Assembly: GCA_964389675.1 (NCBI GenBank) | Contig: CAYMEV010000005.1 | Span: 1-64,000 of the forward strand | From: an uncultured Candidatus Sumerlaeota bacterium | GTDB taxonomy: Bacteria; CAYMEV01 | Direction of reading: 5' to 3' | Length of the DNA stretch: 64,000 nucleotides | In this document: piece after piece, positions 1 to 10,888 of the stretch | Numbering within the stretch: position 1 is the stretch's first letter | Layout of the letters: every line of letters starts with the position of its first letter | Made by a program: the position numbers and the translations under genes | Notes under the pieces: generated by a model | What the model saw: only the letters and a program-made list of their open reading frames with translations | What the model was told of the DNA's origin: nothing | The model's database searches: none

Positions 1-129
1 ATTTATGTCAAATATTTTTCTTTAATGATGCTATCCGCATTGGGATATTCAATCAGGCGTTCACAGGGAGTTGCAGGGCTGAGATATGTTCGCTGGATTT
101 AGCTCCATTTCTGGTTTTGTTTTTTTCTA

Positions 130-158
130 TTGATGAGGATGTGTCTATTAAATATAAT
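130..158 (+). promoter_or_regulatory. sigma70-type promoter for 192..2453
   Basis: TTGATG(130-135)-17 nt-TATAAT(153-158), 33 nt upstream of the ATG. Confidence 0.55.
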
Positions 159-191
159 TAAAGAAAAAGCAGGACATCCTGGCAGGCATTA

Positions 192-2453
192 ATGATGGAC
201 TATCTTGATATAATAAAAGACTCTCACAAAATGGTTATTGATAGTGAATATCATCGCGGGCTTATGCTCCAGGCAGAGTACCTACTCTACAGACTGGAGA
301 AAGAACCGGACAAGAATCTTCTTGAAATGCTGTATAGCATATTAGACAAGCTGGGAACTGACATAAATGACCTGTGCATACCCTTCAGAACCCATCTAAG
401 AAATGCCCTTGAACGCCTTCTGGACAGACTGATCATGGATAATAAAAGCTTTATACACCTTCTTGATGAGAAGGACTGGGAGAGATACCCCCTTCTATAT
501 GAGGGATTGAATAAGAAAAGAATTGATCTGCTCATTGAGGGAAAAGACCGGCTTAAATTATGCCGTCTTATTGGTAAGATAGGTCATATATCAATAGGTA
601 TCAGAGTAAATATTATTTTACATTTATATGATACAGACCATATCAGGGATATATACCGGGAAGTAATCTATGATAGCATACTTTTTTCTTCTATTATATC
701 ACAGTCATATACCTGCAGGGAGTATAGACACTTCTTTGGCGATCTATTCAGCTGTCTGGAACCCGAGGATATAGAATATATACTAAGTAGTGAAAACAGA
801 GAAAATTTTCTTCACGCGGTCTTTGAGGAAAATTATAAGAATCTCCCAATAAAAAACATGGTACTGGTATTAGGGGAGCTTTTGCCCCACAAGGACAGCA
901 AGAAACTGCAGTGCATCAAAGAGCTTATTGCCGATGGAGAATGTATTTTGGATATTTTCTATGACCTTGTTAGTGTTGATAATGGCATTATAATAAAGTC
1001 ATTGCCTGAAATCAATTTTACAAATGACGGCAGGCATACCCCGGAGAAGCTAAAATATCTTGCATTAAGATCCCGGAAAGACGCTATAGTGGAGTATCTA
1101 AGCAGTGTGGATGATATAGAGGTAATCCTGGACATCTTAGATGACATTGAGGATGAGGATATAGAGGCCATTTTCATAGAGAAGCTGAAAGAATTTAATT
1201 TAGATGAGTATATGCAAAGACTGCAGTATGAGATAGTGTGGAGGGCCTCTCAGATATTAAAGCCAGATGGCCTATATGATTTCATCCTGGATAATGCCTT
1301 TACAAAGAGGGATATTTATGCGTCCTTTGTGAGGAGGAGATACCTTCTGGAATATTTTCTGATCAGGCTGGATGCCGAGGATGTGCATACTATACTGGAC
1401 AGTCCTTTCAGGAATGAATTTTTTTACTCTATCGGCACTGTGGAAAAAAAGTTCCCAGGGCATCTGATTATATTATATGAGATTGATAAAAGGCACCGTG
1501 CGCTCTTAGAGGATGACTCATACAGGCTCTATATGCTAACAGGCAGTTATCTGTCCGAAAGAAAAGCCTATGAAGATCTTTTACATCATACAAGAAAGGG
1601 CCTGAGTAATTTTGCCTGTAAAGAATGGGATATCCGTAGTGATGAGCCCTTTATCAGATACCTGACAGATAACAGAATAGTCCCGGAAAATAGTATAGAA
1701 GATATCCTAAGATCAGACATAAGCCCTGAGGCTAAACTATCTCTTTTGGATACAGAGCAGGAAAGGGGAGAGTTCCTTGACGGGTTATTCCGTAACTGTA
1801 AGCAAGAGACAGATGTATGTGTCAGTAATCTGTGCCTATTATTGAAAAATAGTCATAGGTCATGTATTACTGGCTTTTTCCTTGCATTATGTGCATATAT
1901 ATTGGGATCAGAAGATCATTCAGATGGAGAAAGGTATGACCTATGCCTTCATTTCTTAAGATACGGTCGGTATGCCGGTCTTCATAATTATAAATTAAGA
2001 TCTGTTTTGGAGTCTATAAAGGGATTTGTATGCAGTATATCAGATAAAAAACAGCCAGGCAATACCGTGCCCCTTAAATATGAACTGCTGTTTCGCATTG
2101 AATTATTCAAGGAGCATGGCATCAGCCTTGATGATGCTGTCATAAAGATAATGCGAAGCTTCAGGTCCAGGAATATAATAGAGATATTATACAGAAAATA
2201 TCTCTTAAAGGAATTTTTTCTAAGACATGTAGACGACAGGGAATATATACTCAGGCAGTTAAGATACATTCTTAAAAAAAGGCACTGGGGCTTTATATTC
2301 GATGAGATTATATCCGCTCTGACAAATGAATATATTCCGAAAATACAATTAATTAAAATGTTTATAATGCTTGATTTCAGCCTTATAGAAGATCCCCTGA
2401 TATCAGAGATAGATGAAAGGCTCAATGCCAGATCCAGGCTTTCTCAGAAATAA
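192..2453 (+). CDS. hypothetical protein, likely all-alpha with degenerate internal repeats
   Basis: 753-aa ORF with upstream promoter; Leu/Ile/Asp/Glu/Tyr-rich; no recognised motif. Confidence 0.75.
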   Translation: MMDYLDIIKDSHKMVIDSEYHRGLMLQAEYLLYRLEKEPDKNLLEMLYSILDKLGTDINDLCIPFRTHLRNALERLLDRLIMDNKSFIHLLDEKDWERYPLLYEGLNKKRIDLLIEGKDRLKLCRLIGKIGHISIGIRVNIILHLYDTDHIRDIYREVIYDSILFSSIISQSYTCREYRHFFGDLFSCLEPEDIEYILSSENRENFLHAVFEENYKNLPIKNMVLVLGELLPHKDSKKLQCIKELIADGECILDIFYDLVSVDNGIIIKSLPEINFTNDGRHTPEKLKYLALRSRKDAIVEYLSSVDDIEVILDILDDIEDEDIEAIFIEKLKEFNLDEYMQRLQYEIVWRASQILKPDGLYDFILDNAFTKRDIYASFVRRRYLLEYFLIRLDAEDVHTILDSPFRNEFFYSIGTVEKKFPGHLIILYEIDKRHRALLEDDSYRLYMLTGSYLSERKAYEDLLHHTRKGLSNFACKEWDIRSDEPFIRYLTDNRIVPENSIEDILRSDISPEAKLSLLDTEQERGEFLDGLFRNCKQETDVCVSNLCLLLKNSHRSCITGFFLALCAYILGSEDHSDGERYDLCLHFLRYGRYAGLHNYKLRSVLESIKGFVCSISDKKQPGNTVPLKYELLFRIELFKEHGISLDDAVIKIMRSFRSRNIIEILYRKYLLKEFFLRHVDDREYILRQLRYILKKRHWGFIFDEIISALTNEYIPKIQLIKMFIMLDFSLIEDPLISEIDERLNARSRLSQK

Positions 2454-2494
2454 AATACAGGCATTACAGAGCATTCTGATGAATTCTTTAATCC

Positions 2495-4435
2495 CTATCT
2501 TAGATAATCATAGATGCTCTTTATCTCTGTATCTTTTATATATATATCAGGTAATTCATTTAGATCAATAAAGAAATGATTATTATTATCCAGGTAAAGA
2601 GCTCTGCCTATTTTTCTGAATGTGATGCCGTCTCTGAAAACCTTTTCATTATTGCTGTAGAAAAAGGTATTATCAGTATAGTATATGGGCTCTATCAGAC
2701 TGCCTAAGTAAAAGGAATCTGATAACAGCTTCAATCTTTCTGAAAGTAGATTTATACGGCCTTTATTAGTTAAATGGCCTTTTATATGATTTGATACTGT
2801 ATTTTTGATGTATTTATTAAAAGCAGAGGACAGGCTGTCATCTGATCTTTTCAAGTAATAAAGGAATCTCTCCGGGTCTATACCTGCATTGGTAACATGG
2901 CTTAGGATATTGTCAGGCAGATTATAGCCTGCTTTATCTATTTGTTCGGGTTCAGGCCCAAACAGATTGCGGTAGGCATAATCTATCCTGCCCTTATCTG
3001 CAGAAGATATACCTGAAATATCCCTGTTATACAGAGAAGGATGGACAAAGAGATGATCGAGGGTATTTCTCATTGAGATCTCAAAGGTATTTATATTTTC
3101 AATAGTTTCTATCCAGTTTCTGTAATTTGCAATCTCATGATTGAAATAATCAAATACCATTCTTTGTATGGTACCCTTTGAATAACTGTTAAATGAATCT
3201 GATATATTGCGGGTTCTCTGGAAAGGGGGCATTGGGACCCCTGCCTCTTTACATTCATTTATGATATACTGAAGGACAGGGAGATCCGAGACGGGTGGAA
3301 GGCCTGAGAAAATATCTGTATCGGGTAGAAGGGGGCTTGGCATGTCAAGTAGTTCTGACAGGCTTTTGTATTTTTTTAGTATCTCATTGAAGCATGCATG
3401 ATCAAATACACTGTCCTCTCCTTTTATATGAGTATCATAGAGGTATTTAAGATCAAAATTCACAGGGTCTGGAGAGCTTATAATGCGTGCCTGGGCGAAG
3501 TTTCTATTATTGCTTTCATTATACAGCCTTACCTTATTGTTAAATTCCCTTGTTTTACTATCTATCTCTGATATTAAGCGGGATACATTATGTGTATAAC
3601 CATCTATCCTCTTTTGAAGCATGGCTTCAAAAGACAGAGCCTTCTTTTTTATATTCCCTGTTATATATTCATGGGGACTGAATAGATAGGCTTCATCCAG
3701 AGTATCTTCAAAAAAAGCATCAATCACAGAAAAGACCTCATCAAAGTTGCTAATTGTCTGGTTTAGGGCATGATAGCTTATATAAAGGCTGTAAAGCCCC
3801 TCCCAGTAGAAGGAAAAGTCATAGAGCATTCTATGGGTATATGCCTCTATTTTGCCTGCCTCCATTCTTTTCAGGTCATGCATCTGCTTTACCCTGCCCT
3901 CATCAATATCTGCTATTAAGAGCAGGCTGTTGTCAAAGGGATTGGGAACAGTTATTTTTTGAAGGCTTAGAAGCCTGTTTCTCATATACTGCTGTGAAGC
4001 CTGATAGAAGCGGTAATATCTATTGGTATAGTATATATACTCTATCTGTATATAAAGGCCATGAACAGCATTATGCATAGAATCATAGTCTTTGCCCAGT
4101 ATGCTTATCAGATCTTTTCTGTTAAGGTCATTAAATATGCCTGTAAGCCTGTCTTTTGATATATTATCAGAAAGTACGGCAAGGATTATCTGAAGGGCAA
4201 GTATATCTGCATTCTCTTTTAATTCCCGGTCTTTCAGAAAATCTATGAGGCTTTTTGTACTATAGCTGTCAGGATTATTTACAAAGTAGTTTCTGATAAA
4301 TTCTATGTACCCGGGAGGAAAATGTCCTTTTGAGATGGACTCTAATCTCTCTTTTATATAGAGGATATCAGGGCTTTCAGCATAAAGGGTAAAGGTAAAA
4401 AATATTAAAATAATAAAAATAATAATTCTTTTCAA
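2495..4435 (-). CDS. hypothetical exported protein
   Basis: 646-aa ORF, TTG start; Sec signal MKRIIIFIILIFFTFTLYA-ES; no recognised domain. Confidence 0.75.
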   Translation of the reverse strand: MKRIIIFIILIFFTFTLYAESPDILYIKERLESISKGHFPPGYIEFIRNYFVNNPDSYSTKSLIDFLKDRELKENADILALQIILAVLSDNISKDRLTGIFNDLNRKDLISILGKDYDSMHNAVHGLYIQIEYIYYTNRYYRFYQASQQYMRNRLLSLQKITVPNPFDNSLLLIADIDEGRVKQMHDLKRMEAGKIEAYTHRMLYDFSFYWEGLYSLYISYHALNQTISNFDEVFSVIDAFFEDTLDEAYLFSPHEYITGNIKKKALSFEAMLQKRIDGYTHNVSRLISEIDSKTREFNNKVRLYNESNNRNFAQARIISSPDPVNFDLKYLYDTHIKGEDSVFDHACFNEILKKYKSLSELLDMPSPLLPDTDIFSGLPPVSDLPVLQYIINECKEAGVPMPPFQRTRNISDSFNSYSKGTIQRMVFDYFNHEIANYRNWIETIENINTFEISMRNTLDHLFVHPSLYNRDISGISSADKGRIDYAYRNLFGPEPEQIDKAGYNLPDNILSHVTNAGIDPERFLYYLKRSDDSLSSAFNKYIKNTVSNHIKGHLTNKGRINLLSERLKLLSDSFYLGSLIEPIYYTDNTFFYSNNEKVFRDGITFRKIGRALYLDNNNHFFIDLNELPDIYIKDTEIKSIYDYLR

Positions 4436-4574
4436 GAAGATCCATCCTATATTTAATTATTGCCTTGGTTTTTACAATAACTGATAGGTTATTATGATAA
4501 AATCATATAGTACTTTGGTCTATAAAAATCTATGCTTTTAATTTGTAGTGGGTGGTTGTATACTGTTACTATGC

Positions 4575-4906
4575 TTACCCGGGAAAATAAGGAAAGGACA
4601 GTAGGTAGTCTGTTGGTATCCTCGCTGATTCCATAAGCAGGTGATATTTCTCACGGTTACTCAGACAACGGGGGCTTTTATCTCCTTCCTCAAAATCTAG
4701 TATACCAGATTCTCTTTCTTTAATCCAGTTCCTTATTGTCTGTTCGCTGACACCTGTCTCTTTGCTTGTTTTCCTGATGCTTCTGCTTTCAGGCGGTAAT
4801 ACTTTTTTCAAAATTCCTCGCTTAATTGAGTTTGAATATGAACTGAATTTGAATATGACATCTTTTCCTCCTTGTTTAGAGGCGACATCTATATTGGCAC
4901 ATAGGG
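4575..4906 (-). mobile_element. truncated IS remnant (IS3-family-like OrfA HTH) with probable left end
   Basis: HTH segment LPPESRSIRKTSKETGVSEQTIRNW; AGGAGG RBS and ATG at 4861 put out of frame by a 17-bp duplication; IR-like end at 4881-4906; no DDE domain. Confidence 0.65.
4825..4858. repeat. imperfect 17-bp tandem duplication
   Basis: ATTGAGTTTGAATATGA (4825-4841) / ACTGAATTTGAATATGA (4842-4858), 15/17 identical. Confidence 0.85.
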
Positions 4907-4933
4907 TCTCTGGTTAAATTTTAGTTTCTGCTA

Positions 4934-4963
4934 TTGACAGTCAGGTACAGAAATATTTATAAT
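4934..4963 (+). promoter_or_regulatory. sigma70-type promoter for the 5178 gene
   Basis: perfect TTGACA(4934-4939)-18 nt-TATAAT(4958-4963). Confidence 0.6.
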
Positions 4964-5177
4964 TATTCAGCATGGAAGAAACTGGGTATAACAAGCCCTT
5001 TAGAGAACGAATATTTAATTTCGGCATTATCCGTTTATTTCTTAATCTTAAGATTATAAGAATTAACAATAAATGAATAAGCCACAAGAATATCTGGAGC
5101 GGATTTACATGACAATTTCAGGAACATAAGAATTGCTAATAGAAATCGAAAAAATAATATTAAAATTGGAGGAATAA

Positions 5178-8100
5178 ATGTTAGAAAATAGCAAATTAAG
5201 ATTTATTAGATATGCAAAAATATCGGTATTGTTATTAATCATGATCTCAGCTGTTAACCTGTCATCCTTTGGATCCAGGGCTTATTTCCCAAGCATTGAA
5301 GAAATAATCTATGAGTCAGACTGCATAGTGCATGGAAGGGTTGTGGATGCATATATGGGAGATCCTCCGCATAGATGGGTATACTATAAAGTTGAGATAT
5401 ATGAGATTATCTACGATGATAAAGAGACAAATATCATTGAATCCGGGGAAACCGGTCATGTAACATTTGCCATACCTGGAGGCGATCTTAGAGGTGTTCC
5501 CAGGGAAAAACTGAAACCAGAGCGTGGCGTGGTTTCATCGAATCCTGATATGCCAGGTTTTAATATTGGCGAAGAGCTTATTTTGTTTCTAAGAGAATAT
5601 ATAGCTCCTGACAACACCATGCTTATTTCAATTGTCAACAGAGCAGATGGCTTTATGAAGGTGGAGGAGAAAGATGGGGGAAAAATGCTGACCACAGTAT
5701 ATATTAAGTTTAAACCTGAAGGGGTAATTCAGAGGTATATTGAAAACACTCCTGTTAAACCCGAAGAATTCATTAAGCAGATAAAGGAAAACATAGAAAA
5801 GATCAAGAGCAATCCCGAATATGACTTTGAAAAAAGGATAGAAAGGGAAGAAAGAGAGAAGAAGGATAACAGGGATAAAGCATCTTACCCTCCCTCATCA
5901 AGGAATAATAATCCCATGGGACCACCATTCCCACTGAAGCCGGGTGATGAAAACAAAAAAATAATCATTAAATCTACTAATNNNNNNNNNNNNNNNNNNN
6001 NNNNNNNNNNNNNNNNNNNNNNNNNNATGTTCAGCCACATTATCAGCAGTATCCGATAGAATTTTATATCAATAAGGACTTTCTTGATTCATCTGTTCCA
6101 TATATAGAGGCCTTCCAGCAGGCATGCTATGACTGGAACTGGTATGTCCCGGGAGTATTCAGAATAATAGCATATTTTGATGATGATAGTACTGCATATA
6201 ACGGGAGAAATGAGATCACAGAATTAACTGCAAATGATCTTTTTCACCAGTATGGCGGGCAGTGGCCTCAAGCAGGGTGGTCAGCAATGACTAAATGCTA
6301 CTGGGATCCGAATAATCCTGCTGAACTAATTGAGACTGATGTAATTCTTAATGCAGAAATCTCAAACTGGACAGATGATTTCCTTACAGCGTATAATTCG
6401 GGTAATACTTATCTTCGGTATGTAATAACACATGAATTAGGCCATTCATTTGGCCTGGATCACCCCTGGGAAGGTTCATCTGACGGCAAAAAGAATACTG
6501 TTATACAGTATCCGCCATCAGACGCCTTAACAGCCCTTCATCATATGCCATTTATGATTGACATAAAAGCTCTTAGAAATACCTATCCCACACAGGCCTT
6601 AGAGATATATGACATGGGGATACAGCTTTTCTATACTACTCCCGATCCACCAGGTGATAACCCAGAACCAGGTGATATTTTCTGGTCAGAATTTCCAGAT
6701 ACAGTAATGTCTGGTTTTTCATTCCCTGTTGATAATATTGTTATTGAGAATCTCTCAACAGCTACAAATAAGCCCTATGTATATGTGTATCTGACTGATA
6801 AGAGGCATACCTATGAAAATGTGGAAGCATATTTATTAGGGTTGGCCAGCCTTCCTGCCATGGACCCAGATTCATACCGCAGGGAGAATATGGTGGTTAA
6901 GGTATGGGAGGATGTTCCGCCGGGGGAGTATTATATCTATGTTTATGCCGGATATGAATGGGATAATAATTCCTTTAACCAGGATATGTGGTCAGATGTG
7001 AAAATTGAGGTCGTAGATGTACCTGCAGACCAGGATAAAGTCGCTGTAAATCCTGATATCTTGGATTTCGGCTATCTGCCCGTGGAGGGATTATCTGAAG
7101 AACCGGAGTATTTTATGATAACGGGGAATGAGCTTTCTGGCCCGGTAGAGATAGCTTCTCCGGAGGGTTTTCTTATCTCAGAGGGAGATGGCTTTGAATA
7201 TACTGATGAGATAGTTTTGTTGCCTGATGCTCAGGGAGGTATATTTGATCAGATTTTTATAAAATTCGCACCCCATGAGGCCAGGACATATACGGAGACC
7301 ATTTCAATATCTTCTGCTGGATCTGTTACCAGGTTTGTGCATGTTGCTGGATCAGGGTTCTATATCCGTTCAGACACTGAGGGTATTGACTTTTACAATA
7401 CCCTGATCAATACTTCTTCCTCTGTTGCAGAGTATCTCCTGTATGGGGAAAATATCTATAATCCTGTAACTATATCCGCACCTGATCACTTTCAGGTTTC
7501 ACTGAGTCCTGAGAGCGGTTTTGATAGTACTGTCGAAGTTAATCAATACGGAGAAGAGATATTGGTCAGCATATTTGTCAGATTTTATCCGCAACAGGTC
7601 GGTGTCCTGGGCGGAAATATAATAAACACATATGTATCAGGTCGCTCAATAGAGGATACAAAAACTATTGCTGTCAGCGGAATGTGCTATAACAATCCAA
7701 ATATCTGTGTTGATCCTGATACTCTGGATTTTGGTGAAATTGCCTCAGGTTCAGTATCAGATCCTCAAAGCTATAGAATTACAGGAAGCTATCTGGCCGA
7801 TAGTGTTCTGATTGAATCTACTCAATATTATGAGATATCTTTTGAGGAAGATGGCTCTTACAGCACTCAGCTGGAGGCAGATCATTGCGGGTATGGCACT
7901 ATAAACAGGGATATATGGGTCAGATTCAGACCCCAGGAGGAGGGCTTTATCGCAGGAGAAGTCCAGCATCTGGTAACTGGTGGAGAGACCAGGCTGGTTA
8001 ATGTACTTGGGACAGGGACTGGATGTGGTACTCTGTATGGCGTTGAGCTTTTTGCTTACCCGGAAGATATTGGCGTTGTTCTCTCAGGTGACGGACAGTA

Positions 8101-10123
8101 CCCTGCAGGATCCACTGTAAATATCAATGCTTCGCTTTCAAAGGGATATAAATTTTCAGCATGGACAGGGCTTCAAGAAGATATAGATCTGCTGGATAAT
8201 CCTTTGTCACCTTCCACATCATTTATAATGCCTGACAGAGATGTCATGTATACAGCAGAATATAATCTTTCTTATCAAACTACAATATCTGTACATGGTG
8301 AATTGGATCAGCCCTTACCGGGTATGAATATATGGGTATGGCCTGCTGGTGAGCCTGAAACAATATTGATAGATATGGATACTGATGAAAATGGCCAGAT
8401 CATATTTTCACTTCCTGCGGGAAATTACAGGTTTGATGTATATGACTATTATCAGGCTTATGAGTATTATCCCAATGGAGAATTCTCTGTTATAGAGGAG
8501 GATGTTATAGTCCCAACGGTCTATCTGAGCCTTGTGGAATGGGCTGTGCTGTTTGATATCCGTGATTCAAATGGGGCAAGTATTGACTCTGTATCAATTT
8601 TATTTACAGAATCTCCTGGTGAATTGCCAGATCCACTCGTAACCGTTGAGGGATATGCAGCAACAACCCTTGTAAAGGGGCACTATGAATTCAATATAAT
8701 GCATCAATGCTATGATGACATATCATCATCTGTAGACATTGCCATGCTTAAGCTATCGGAAAGGAGAAGAAAGTCTCATTCTCCAAGACAAGATCTGTCG
8801 AAGACTGATTATCATTTGATATATTATATGGACAATGCAGAGCTAAAGACGAACTTCACTGTAAAATATAATGATGAACCTGTGATGGGTGCAAAGATAT
8901 CTGTTGCAGCAATACCTGACCCGATTTTTACAGATGCTAATGGGCAGGCATCAAAGATGCTTGAATGCGGAAATTATAATTTCTCCGTAGAAGCTGGCAA
9001 CTTTATTCCCTATGAAGGATCATTTGATATAGAAGGAGCAGAAGTCTTCCTTAATATAGATCTGGATTTTGAACCAAGACAGATCCTGCCTGCAATAAGC
9101 CTGTCAAATCCCTCATACAGGGGAATATGGATCTGGGAATACGATGATCTGAAATCATCAGATATAAGTTCCAGAGAGACTGGATGGACTAATCTTCTGC
9201 AGGGAGTTACTGCTGAGAAGATAATGGCTGGAGATATAACCGGCTGCAATGGATTAGAACTGGTAGCACTCTTGCCGGAGTATGGCCTCTGGTATTATAA
9301 TATCCAGAACAATACCTGGATCACTTTAATTGACATACAGAATGATTGTATTGATTTTACCATCGCGAGAACTGATACAGAAGGCCCTTTGGATATAATC
9401 ACATCTATTAGGGATCATGGCTTGTATAAATGGGATCATACAATGAAAAACACATGACCTGAATCATGGAGCTGCATTAGCACATATCCTGCTGAGATAA
9501 TTATTGCAGACAATATCAGCAGAGAATGTGACGGGATTGACGAGATTGCAATCTCTTTTGCCGATTATGAAGGATTATACATATATAGTTTTCAGGATAA
9601 TCAGTTATACAAGGCTATTAACACAAGTCCCTCAGAGATCACAAAAGCAGATATTACGGACGATGGTTACAATGAACTGATATTAGTGTTCGAAGGCTAT
9701 GGTATTTACATTGCAAAAGCATGTGAATGCAGAAGACCAAAAGCAATGCCAAGCAAACAATCTGGAATAAAATCGAGGGGATTCGGAGATAAAGAGCTTT
9801 ATTTTACGAGGATTTTGAATGCTGAACCAGATCCGGATCACTATATTGGAACAGCTGATCTCTTTTACGGGTTCGGAAAGGAGGTTTTTGCCGTATATGA
9901 TGATCTTACATATTTTTACTCATATGACACGATGTCATGGTCTGTCTTTGTATTTACTCCCTTAAAAAGAATAATTTCCGGCACATTTACAGGGGATATA
10001 AGAGACGATCTGATCGCCTGTGAAAGTATTACAGGAGATGTATACCTTTACAGGTCATCAACAGAGGCATGGGAGCTATTGGTACAGGCAGGCGAATCAG
10101 ATGCTATGGCCCCGATAGAATAA
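5178..10123 (+). pseudogene. large secreted metzincin (matrixin/M10-like) protease with Ig-like repeats, InlB B-like repeat and C-terminal beta-propeller; interrupted by an N gap and an in-frame TGA
   Basis: GGAGG RBS, ATG and signal peptide at 5178; frame of the 6287 ORF is open from 6029, just after the gap; zinc motif HELGHSFGLDH; three ~110-aa Ig-like repeats (xNPDxLDFG...IxxxFxP); TGA at 9455-9457 followed by the same open frame to TAA 10123. Confidence 0.7.
5982..6026. other. assembly gap (45 N)
   Basis: run of N. Confidence 1.
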
Positions 10124-10128
10124 ACTAA

Positions 10129-10157
10129 AAAGGGATTGGATTGATTCCAGCCCCTTT
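10129..10157 (+). terminator. probable intrinsic terminator
   Basis: AAAGGGATTGGA-TTGAT-TCCAGCCCCTTT imperfect hairpin directly after stop 10123. Confidence 0.55.
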
Positions 10158-10302
10158 ATCTGAATATCTTATTTCGTTCCGGAATCTGAATAGAAATTTA
10201 TTGTCATTTTAAGTAATACAATATTTAATTCCATTTATAGTAAAATTAGGGGTTATTTTCATATAATATATTTTATTGATGGATTATAATAAGGGATTAA
10301 TA

Positions 10303-10419
10303 ATGATAGATATCCTGCATGGAAAGGGCAAATTCAGCGGTAAAAGCAAGGGGCTTCTAATTGAGGGAGAGGCTGTTTATGCTGTTGATGATAATGGGGT
10401 TAGAACAATTTTAGAATAA
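10303..10419 (+). CDS. possible 38-aa small protein or gene fragment
   Basis: AAGGGA RBS-like site, ATG 10303, MIDILHGKGKFSGKSKGLLIEGEAVYAVDDNGVRTILE, TAA; below the ORF-track cutoff. Confidence 0.3.
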   Translation: MIDILHGKGKFSGKSKGLLIEGEAVYAVDDNGVRTILE

Positions 10420-10462
10420 TTTAGTTTTTAATATATATTAATAAAATGAAGGAGAGAAAAAT

Positions 10463-10804
10463 ATGATCATTAAATACCTGACGGATGCACCAGTCATGGA
10501 AACTGCGCATAATGTTGATGCAAGAAACCTTTATAATAAAAAAGAGGCTATGATTACCGTAATTACACTTAAACCCGGACAGTCGCTGAAGAAGCATATC
10601 ACGCCTGTCGATGTAGCTTTCTATGTCCTGGAGGGTGAGGGCATAGTCCAGATAGGTGATGAGAAGCAAAAAGCCTCGAAGGACAGCCTTATTGAATCAC
10701 CAAGGGATATAGTCCACTGCTGGTATAATGAAAGCAAAGCTGATCTCAGGTTTATGGTAATCAAAGCACCCAGGCCGGAAAGAAAAACAGTCTTCATATC
10801 CTGA
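10463..10804 (+). CDS. cupin domain protein
   Basis: LKPGQSLKKHITP..FYVLEGEG and SPRDIVHCWYN cupin motifs; AAGGAG RBS. Confidence 0.85.
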   Translation: MIIKYLTDAPVMETAHNVDARNLYNKKEAMITVITLKPGQSLKKHITPVDVAFYVLEGEGIVQIGDEKQKASKDSLIESPRDIVHCWYNESKADLRFMVIKAPRPERKTVFIS

Positions 10805-10888
10805 CAATAGACGATGAAGAACAAAAATGTCAATTATTCGTTAATATAGTTACAGTTCTATAAATAATTATTAGAAAAGGAGATAAAA

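Noticed and set aside
9455-9457. Genome-wide TGA recoding or selenocysteine at the in-frame TGA
   Set aside because: TGA terminates intact genes here (cupin, kinase, PDO-Trx, mlaE, tldD, alaS). The site is in a variable loop with no aligned Cys in the paralogue, and no convincing SECIS hairpin follows.
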